From positions 491,492 through 511,491 of the forward strand of contig MU053487.1 in the NCBI GenBank assembly GCA_013239625.1: 20,000 bases of DNA, written 5' to 3'. The position numbers and the translations under genes are program-made. The notes beneath the pieces were generated by a model. It did no database searches. It worked only from the letters and a program-made list of their open reading frames with translations, and had not been told where the DNA came from. Below are positions 1 through 7,495 of the stretch, one piece after another. The number at the start of each line of letters is the position of its first letter. The first letter of the stretch is position 1. The DNA is from Lama guanicoe (Eukaryota).

Positions 1-202
1 TTAAATATGCCAACTTTATAGGAAAAATTACCTGAAGATTTTAGAAATTGTAATAGATGGAGCCTGGCTTAACAAATTTTAAGAAGATTCTTAAAACAGT
101 TAATATTAAATATGAAAGAATATCAAAAAAGAAAATTTAAGGAAATTGATTTCCAATTTTTCAGAATTTAAGAATCAGTTTTCTTCTCTTAATAATAGCT
201 AT

Positions 203-335
203 CATTCATTAAGTCCTTACAATAATCTTGTGAGGAAAGTATGATGCCTAAACTTGAGCTGAGGAAACTGAGGCTTGGACAACTTAATTTGTTTAAAGTC
301 ATCCAAATAGTAGGTAATTGAGCTAGAATGTGTCT
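203..335 (-). mobile_element. MIR SINE fragment
   Basis: Contains tgaggaaactgaggc...aaagtcatccaaatagtaggt...gagctagaat, the reverse complement of the MIR core. Confidence 0.75.
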
Positions 336-707
336 CCTTATCCTGTACTTTTTCCATTACATAGAAAATGATTTCCATTATCCTTCCATGACAGAACATT
401 TTTCTAAAATTAGTTTTTAGGTTTGATATGTGTTGAATGTCATTTAAGCGAGCACTACACATGGAAAACGAGCAGACTGAACAGATACTTATAATTTGGG
501 CTTAAAAAAAAAGTCCTACTCTTAAGTGAAAAGAAAGGGGTTGGTCTTCTCAGTTATTCAAAATTCCTCCATCTTTTATCTATTCTTCCACTCACTAATT
601 GCTCATCTTGTTTACCATGGATAATTGTAAAACTGGTGAGAACTTAAGCTTACATAGAGAGCAAGTAATTACCCACTAGTTAACATTTAGTTGATAAAGA
701 TACCCTT

Positions 708-890
708 TCAAAAATATTTTTATTGGTGTATAGTCAGTTTACAATGTTGTGTCAATTTCTGGTGTACAGCACAATGCTTCAGTCATATAGGAACATACAT
801 ATATTTGTTTTCATATTCTTTTTCACCATAAGTTACTATAAGATACTGAATATAGTTCCCTGTGTTATACAGCAGAAACATGTTGTTCAC
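708..890 (-). mobile_element. Short 5'-truncated L1 3' end (cetartiodactyl/camelid type)
   Basis: tttttattggtgtatagtcagtttacaatgttgtgtcaatttctggtgtacagc...gttccctgtg is an L1 3'UTR terminus. Flanked by TSD ataaagataccctt (694-707) / ataaagatactctt (891-904), 1 mismatch. Confidence 0.85.
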
Positions 891-982
891 ATAAAGATAC
901 TCTTATATGTAACTTATGACCCAATATACTTTATACATAACAAGAAATATTCCCCAGCTAACATTTAGCTAATACACTGATG

Positions 983-1042
983 TCCTTTGCTTTTGCTTTT
1001 TCTTCTTCTTTTTTTCCCTTCTTCTTCTTCTTTTTTTTTTTT
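983..1042 (+). repeat. (CTT)n / poly-T pyrimidine tract
   Basis: About 60 nt, almost purely C/T. Confidence 0.85.
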
Positions 1043-1049
1043 AACATAG

Positions 1050-1540
1050 CAGATGTGACCTTTTGATGTTTGGTAATCTATGCATCAGGAAACCTCACAA
1101 GTGCTCATCTTAACCATGACATACCCATAAGAATTAATAAGTTTTCTCTTACTTTTTTAGTTTTCCTACTCTGAGCATTTTATATAAAGCAACCAGTGTC
1201 TACTCTGTAAGTGCCTTTGTGAGTAAAATTGTCTATTTAATAAATATATCATGACCATAGTATGTATTTTGTGATTCCATTTCTATAAAGAACTTCTGTC
1301 CTTTCTATACAATGGAAGATAACGTGCGTTGCTGAAATGCTTTGGTTTTTGCTTATGAATTTGGCTTTTACTTTCTTTCAATGTGCTGTACAGTCTTCTG
1401 TACATTTTCCCACATTACTTCCTTTAGGAAGGGCCCACATTTTAGTTTTTTTACATCAATCACAAGTAAATACTTTGAAATACAATCCTATGCTGTAATA
1501 CTAATGTAGTTTAGAGAAATAAAAACATTTTTTTCACAGT
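1050..1540 (+). other. Candidate terminal exon / 3'UTR of an unidentified plus-strand transcript
   Basis: Branch-like ctaat (969) and ctgat (977), a long pyrimidine tract, TAG-CAG at 1047-1052, early stops, non-repetitive AU-rich sequence, and AATAAA at 1239 and 1518. Motif evidence only. Confidence 0.25.
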
Positions 1541-1904
1541 GTTTGAGACCATAAAATGTAATTTAAAGACTTTTTGTTGAATAATTAGTTCATTTAACAC
1601 GAGACTCCTTCTCCTCTGTCTTTCCTCCCTTCCTCCATATTTACCCCATCAGCACCAATCCACCCCTTACTGCCAGCCTCAGCAGATGTTGTGCCTTTTT
1701 GCTCGATGCGTGGAAGTATGTGCTTGGCCTTGCCTCTCCCATCTCCCTGTGGACTCTGGTTCATCAGGTACCCCCTTCATTCCTTTGGCTTCATTCTCTC
1801 CCTCTCTGCTACCTCTGGCCTGCTGCTTATAAGTGAGTTCAAAATTCCCAGTCTGATAATAAAACCAAAATATCCCAACCTGAGAAGAAAATCAAAGACC
1901 TCTC

Positions 1905-1985
1905 TGCAGAAATTAACTTAAGAAGAGGTAGAAAACATTAGTGGGTCAATAACTAGCAGAAGAAACTGAAAAAAATTAAAAGAAA
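1905..1985 (+). mobile_element. Ancient L1 ORF2 fragment (degenerate)
   Basis: aaattaacttaagaagaggtagaaaacattagtgggtcaataactagcagaagaaactgaa resembles the L1 ORF2 segment KL-x-QEE-x-ENLNRPITS-x-EIE. Confidence 0.5.
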
Positions 1986-2004
1986 AAATCATTAATTAAT
2001 CATT

Positions 2005-2245
2005 AATGATAGTAACTACATTCGTTGGCCTTGCTAAACATTCAGCTATGTTTAAGTGCCATGCTGAACACTTCACATAAATTATCTTATTTAATCCTCA
2101 ACAACAATATGAGTTAGATGTATCATTAAAATGTTAATATAATTTTACAGAAAGGGAAACTGAGGTTTAAAGTTGCCCAGTGTTAAACAGTTTTACTTAT
2201 TTCACTTCTTGGAAAGAGCTGGAGTAGGACCCAGGTCTGTTTTAT
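2005..2245 (-). mobile_element. MIR SINE
   Basis: ttatttaatcctcaacaac...ttttacagaaagggaaactgagg...ttgccca...gagctggagtaggacccaggtctg matches antisense MIR over most of its length. Confidence 0.8.
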
Positions 2246-2329
2246 TCTCTCAGCTGTTTCTTCACTTGGCCTAGCCAATTTAATGAGTGATAATGCAACA
2301 CCTTTGTGTGTCTTTTGATGGAAGATAAT

Positions 2330-2485
2330 AAATCGCTTTCCAATTTTCTTGGGAAAATGCCTTACTCTTCCAAACCTGTACTATACAAAGATGCAAAAAT
2401 CTTAAAATTTGGCAAAATAAATCCAGGATTGTATTAAAAAAATTAATGCTGTCTTACTTGAGAGAGTTTATTTTAGTAATATATG
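2330..2485 (+). mobile_element. Ancient L1 ORF2 RT-region fragment
   Basis: gatgcaaaaatcttaaaatttggcaaaataaatccagg...attaaaaaaattaat resembles the DAKILNKILANRIQ..IKK coding segment. Colinear with the 1905-1985 piece. Confidence 0.55.
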
Positions 2486-2654
2486 TACATAAATCACATA
2501 CCTGTCCTGTACCATCATAGGTCATTCTCGTCAATGGTCAAATATTTTCATTGGAAACCGTACACAGAGGCTCACGCTTAGATGCAAGCAACTCCCTGCT
2601 GACATGCAAACTCCCATCCTCTTCATTTTCTGCCATTTTCACTTTCCATCCGCA

Positions 2655-3130
2655 TGGACGCCTTAGCTTGCTTGGGCTTTCGCACCACCAGAACTGCCCC
2701 TGATGATATCCAATTCAATGATCAATTTCCTTTCTTCTTTTTTTTTTTAAGTTTTTTTTTGGGGGGGTAAGGTAATTAGGTTTATTTATTTATTTATTTA
2801 GGTTTAATGGACACGCTGGTGACCAAAGCCAGGATCTTGTGCATGCTAGGCATGCACTCAACCACTGGGCTATACCCTCACTGCAAAGATCAGTTTTCAT
2901 TCTAACAGCAATTGGCATGCTTGGCCATTCCCTCCTTTTTGAAATATTCCCTCCCCTTGGTCTCTGGTCCATCCCTTTATTATGGTTCTGCCCCTGTGGT
3001 TCTGGTGGCTCCTTCTGTCTCCTCTTCATCATCTTCCTGAGCTCCAAACACTGGAGGGACCCTGCCTCAGGTTTGAGAGCTCCTTTTTTCTCTGTCCACC
3101 TCATGATCTCTTCCAGTCCTGGCTTTTAAA
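2655..3130 (+). mobile_element. L2 LINE RT-region fragment, interrupted by a SINE
   Basis: ccattccctcctttttgaaatattccctccccttgg...ggctccttctg...tgatctcttccagtcctggcttttaaa follows the L2 ORF2 RT consensus. Confidence 0.7.
2736..2881 (-). mobile_element. tRNA-Ala-derived camelid SINE (Vic-1-like)
   Basis: The reverse complement reads gagggtatagcccagtggttgagtgcatgcctagcatgcacaagatcctgg...(aaat)n aaacctaattacc + A tail. Degenerate TSD caatgatcaatttcctttct (2716-2735) / caaagatcagttttcattct (2884-2903). Confidence 0.88.
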
Positions 3131-3196
3131 ATTTTTTATATTTTAAATTAGTTTTTATTTTATTGAGGTAATAGATACACATTTCTATTAGAAACT

Positions 3197-4205
3197 TGTG
3201 AGAGAATGGAAAAAAATATATAGATATATATACGTTGGTCTCTGCCCCCAATTCTTATGACACAGGGCTCCTAAAACCCTTGAAATTTCCTAAGTGATAA
3301 GAACACTAGGAGCATCTCTTGTTTTAATATTTGTCTTTGACCCCGTCCTAACACAGGGCTCCTAAAACACAGTTAAGAGAATCAAACAAACTGGGGTCCT
3401 ACTCCAGGGGTCCTACTGCCTTGCAAATTCCTAAGGGATAAGAGTCCTAGGGGCATCTTTTGTTCTATTGAGCTGATTTGCGTTGGCTCCTGGATGGCTC
3501 TTGACTGGGGGCTGGTCACCAGGATTAGAAGCTTGGAATCTTCACCTTTACCCCTCATCCTCCAGAGACGAGGACATAGCTAATTATTAAAAATTGATTA
3601 TGCCTACATGAGGAAGCAGAGAATCCTGACAGCATGGGGTTTGGAGAGCTTCCAGGTTGCTGAACACATGCACACCTGGAGAGTGAGACATCCCAACTCC
3701 AAGGGTACAGAAGCTCCTGCACCCAGGATTCTCCCAGACCTCACCCTAAATATCTCTCTCTTCATCTGGCTGTTCATCTGTACCTTTTATCATTTCCTGT
3801 AATAAACTGGGAAAAGTGTTTCCCTGAGTTCTGTGAGCCACTCTAGGAAATTGATCGAACCCAAGGTGGGGTGGTCATTGGAACCTCTAAACTCTAGCTG
3901 CTTGGTCAGAAGCACAAGTGACAACCCAGGCTTGCCTCTGGCATCTGAAGTGCACTGGGGGGCAGGGGAGCAGTCTTATGGGACTGAGCCCCTTATCTGG
4001 GGGATCTGACACTACCCCCAGGTAGACAGTGTTAGATGTAAGTTGTAGGACATCCAGCTTGTTGTTGTAGCGAAAAAAAGCCACACATTTGGTGACCACA
4101 AGTGTCAGAAGTGAAGTGTTCTCTGTGTCGGTAGAGGAGACACACAGGAAAGAAAGACAGTGGGGAAGAACTGGGTTGTTCCCAACAACTATGAGTTTTT
4201 CCTTT
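3197..4205 (+). mobile_element. Solo LTR, MER21 family (MER21B-like)
   Basis: Begins tgtg. Has the duplicated acacagggctcctaaaac block, gggggctggtcacca, aataaa at 3801, gtgtttccctgagttctgtgagcc and gcagtcttatgggactgagccc, all recalled MER21 hallmarks. Confidence 0.85.
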
Positions 4206-4599
4206 TTAGTACTGAAAAAGCTTATGACAAAATACAGCATTTCTCCTTTTCCATCCCTCCCTAATTTCTTCGTTCTTCCTCTCTAGAAGCAATTAATGTT
4301 TACTTCTTAGCTGTCTCCTCTGGCATTTATATCTCTACCTATTTGTAAATAATATGCACATGCTACCTTTAGATACGATCTAGCAACTTCATATTATGGT
4401 AGATGTAAATTTATTCTCTTACAGTGCCATTCCCTCTCCTACTGTCCTTCATCATCTGGATATAGTTATAATATTTGGTCAAGTCAATATTCAGTGTTTA
4501 TATTACTATACACATGCATATGTAACTCCCAACAGAGTGTTGCAGTGTTTTATGATTAGGTTTTTAACATATCTTCCAGTTCATCTTGTAAACGTCACT

Positions 4600-5360
4600 T
4601 ATCTTAAATTTGGTTTATAGTATTTTTCTGCTGTCAAATTCTATTTGGTCCTTTTATAAATACGGTATGCCACTTTTTATAGTTTCCGGTTTCCTGTTGA
4701 AATTCTCAAACGTGGCTTTTGTGTCCTTTAGCATAGGAAGTGCGCTTGTGTCGCTATTTGTGTTCGGTAATTCCAGAATTTGGAGGCCTCCAGGGTTGCG
4801 ACTGATGTCAGTTACTTCTACTGGTTCTTGTTCATGTTACCTTGACTCCTCAAGTGTCTAGTTATATTTGACTGTGTGTTGAACAACATATTTCAAAAAT
4901 CAGTTACAGAAATAAGTCGACTCAGGAAGCCGTTATCTCCCTCCAGCGGGGATTTGCATTTGCTTCTGCCAGGCTCCTGGGACCACCAGTAACCGCAGAT
5001 CACTTTAATCTAATTTCAAAGCTCTAGATTTTGGGTCTACCCCATGATTCAAAGCTGGTGACAATCTCTGTGAAGGCTGGTTTACTGTCAATTTACTCTT
5101 GCTTCTAGGGTGTGGCCCTTTGAGATCCTAATCCAAAACAGATCGTTTACAGGGTACCCAACCACAGTAGGCTCTAAACTCTGATTTGTGGGAGTGGGAA
5201 GCTTTCAAAAGCATGAAAACTCAGCCACCTCTTTAGAGTGGTAAACGCCCAGGGAGTAAATGACCTTAATACTATGCCCACCTTCCATTCCATCCTCTCC
5301 TGTATCCTGCCTCAGTATCTTGTGATATTTGTGAGCTTATTAGTGCTTTAAAAAGTGTTA
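4600..5360 (-). mobile_element. Ancient L1 (L1M/L1ME-type) 5'/ORF1-region fragment
   Basis: aattctatttggtcctttta...atagtttcc..ttcctgttgaaattctca...ctccagcggggatttgcatttgcttctgccagg resembles antisense L1ME 5' ends. Confidence 0.55.
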
Positions 5361-5441
5361 ATTAAATATTCTGTGCAGCTGTTTTTTTTATTCTCTTTTA
5401 ATTTTTATTGAAGTATTGATTTACAAATGATGGCAGTCAGG

Positions 5442-5797
5442 TGTTAAGGACTATACATTTATATGCTTGCATTTTCCCCAAAATTCATATGTTGAAGCCC
5501 TAACCTCCAATGTGATGGTATTTGGAGCTGGGGCTTTTTGAAGGTGTTTATGCCGTGAAGCAGAGCCCTTGGGAAAGGATGGGTGCCCTTATAAGAAAAG
5601 ACACGAGTGTCTTCCCTTGCTGCCCTCCACCATGTGAGGATTCAATGAGAATACGGCTTTCTGAAAACTAGGAAGAGGGTCCTCACCAAAAACAGAATCT
5701 GCTGGGTCCTTGGACTTTTGAACTTTTCAGGTTTCAGAACCATGAGAAGTAAATGTCCGTTGTTGAAGCCACCCAGTCTGTGGCATTTTTGTTACGG
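5442..5797 (+). mobile_element. MaLR LTR (MLT1A/MLT1A0-like), 3' terminus clipped
   Basis: ccccaaaattcatatgttgaagccctaacctccaatgtgatggtatttggag...gcccttataagaa...ccatgtgagga...aagccacccagtctgtggcatttttgtta. Confidence 0.85.
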
Positions 5798-5843
5798 TGT
5801 AGTAGACAGAATAATGTTCCCCCACAAAGATGTCCACATTCTT
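5798..5843 (+). mobile_element. 5' stub of a second MaLR LTR (MLT1D-like)
   Basis: tgtagtagacagaataatgttcccccacaaagatgtccacattct matches the recalled MLT1D start. Confidence 0.6.
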
Positions 5844-5932
5844 GTGTATACAGTGGAATGTTACTCAGCCATAAAAAAGAAGGAAATCCTGCCATTTTTG
5901 ACAACATGGATGGACCTGGAGGATGTTTGTTA
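5844..5932 (+). mobile_element. L1 ORF2 C-terminal fragment
   Basis: Translates to YTVECYSAIKKKEILPFLTTWMDLE, homologous to [22 protein letters not shown] of the L1 at 17010-17573. Confidence 0.85.
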
Positions 5933-6158
5933 GCACAGAAACTACCATTTAAAGTTGTCAGCTGCATCTCTGTTAGTCTACATCCCCCAGGAACCCTTTG
6001 TTTTGGGAGGGGGATTCCTTTTAATCAGGTAGATGCTGGCAAGCAAGGGGGGTGTTGCTGGACACTCTACGAGTCGTCAATGCTGCGCTTCTCATGTGTC
6101 CTTTGGTAGGAGTGGGAAAGTTGATGGGAGAAAGTCAGTCAATTTTCCCAAAGACAGT

Positions 6159-6335
6159 GGGGGAGGGTATAGCTCAAGTGGTAGAGCACATGCTTAGCAT
6201 GCACAAGGTCCTGGGTTCAATCCTCAGTATCTTCATTAAAAATAAATAAACCTAATTACCTACCCTCCTGCCAAAAAAAAACCCCACCCTAAAACAATAT
6301 GACAATTAATAAATAAAAAATATTTGAAAAAACAT
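6159..6335 (+). mobile_element. tRNA-Ala(AGC)-derived camelid SINE (Vic-1-like)
   Basis: ggggagggtatagctcaagtggtagagcacatgcttagcatgcacaaggtcctgggttcaatcc carries the A box and B box, followed by aaataaataaacctaattacc and an A-rich tail. TSD ttttcccaaagac at 6143-6155 and 6336-6348. Confidence 0.92.
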
Positions 6336-6665
6336 TTTTCCCAAAGACTAACGGGTCTTCTTGGAAGGAGGTTATTGAGATCCTGACCACTTTCCTTGGG
6401 AGGATCAGTGTTAAATATATCGTCTCTGATGCACTGAAGTGCCCCTGACCTGAGACTGCAGCAAAAGACACCAGGACTTACCCCGGAGAAATTCACCAAA
6501 GGAGAGGGGAGCCCAGGCTGCTTAACTGGGCTTCACATTGCTGGCTGAGAGGACAGGTTTCCAGCCCAGCCCTTATAAGTGTCCCTCTAGCATCACAGGT
6601 GTGTCCCCGGAAAAAGAGCCCTGAGTGTTTGTAACTGCCGACTACCAGGGCACTTACGTTTTAAT

Positions 6666-6697
6666 AGCGCCATCTTGTGACCAGTCTTGACACAGCC
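6666..6697 (-). promoter_or_regulatory. Candidate CTCF site (core plus upstream motif) overlapping a YY1 motif
   Basis: The minus strand reads GGCTGT-gtcaagac-TGGTCACAAGATGGCGCT, compared with the CTCF core TGGCCACCAGGGGGCGCT. AAGATGGCG is also the YY1 consensus. The CpG is retained. Confidence 0.55.
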
Positions 6698-6943
6698 GCT
6701 TTTCTGTGTCTCAATAGTGACACCTTGTGGGGCAGAGGTAGGAAAGACAGGGCTCTGGAGGAATTCCAGTTTTCCATTTTCCATCTCTCATTTTTCATTT
6801 GTTCCAGCTTTACTGAAATATAATGACAAATAAAATTGTAACCTTTTAAAGTGTACAATGTGTTGATTCGATATACAGACACATTGTGAAAAGTTTCCCA
6901 CTATCAAGTTAATCAATATATTCATTCCCACATCCTCACCCGC

Positions 6944-6971
6944 TTTTTTTTTTTTTTTTTTTTTTTTTTTC

Positions 6972-7005
<34 letters not shown>

Positions 7006-7060
7006 TTTTGTATTTCTTATTTTCTCTTCTTTTGTAAATTTTTTTTTTTTTTTTTTTTTT
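6944..7060. repeat. Interrupted poly-T tract (poly-A tail of the adjacent minus-strand L1)
   Basis: About 117 nt, mostly T, directly abutting the L1 3' end at 7061. Confidence 0.85.
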
Positions 7061-7290
7061 AAACATTTTTTAAATTGAGTTATAGTCATTTTTCAATGTT
7101 GTGTCAAATTCCAGTGTAGAGCACAATTTTTCAGTTATACATGAACATACATACATTCATTGTCACTTTTTTTTTTGCTGTGAGCTACCAGAATCTTGTA
7201 TATATTTCCCTGTGCTAAACATTATAATCTTGTTTATCTATTCTACATTTTGAAATCCCAGTCTGTCCCTTCCCACCCCCCTCTTGGCAA
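7061..7290 (-). mobile_element. Young camelid-type L1 3' end nested in the older L1
   Basis: Aligns by eye with 16698-16930 (aatgttgtgtcaaattccagtgt..gcacaatttttcagt...ttttgaaatcccagtct.tcccttcccaccc). Confidence 0.88.
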
Positions 7291-7366
7291 ATTTCAATCA
7301 TACAATAGTGCATTATTAACTACAGTCACCATGATGCACATTAGCTCCTTAAGCCTTATTTACCTT

Positions 7367-7495
7367 TTTTTTAAATTGAAGTACAGTCAATTACAATGTG
7401 TCAATTTCTGGTGTACAACACAATGTCCCATTCATGCATATACAACATATAATTGTTTCCATATTTTTTCATTAAAGGTTATTACATGATATGAG
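7367..7495 (-). mobile_element. Very short L1 3' end insertion
   Basis: ttgaagtacagtcaattacaatgtgtcaatttctggtgtacaac... with a perfect 14-bp TSD gccttatttacctt at 7353-7366 and 7496-7509. Confidence 0.9.

Noticed and set aside
6159..6236. tRNA-Ala(AGC)-like gene
   Set aside because: It carries the SINE-specific 5' extension, body, A tail and TSD, has stem mismatches, and two more copies occur in the window. It is a SINE, not a tRNA gene.
6788..7066. Lysine-rich 92-aa ORF on the minus strand
   Set aside because: It is the translation of an L1 poly-A tail.
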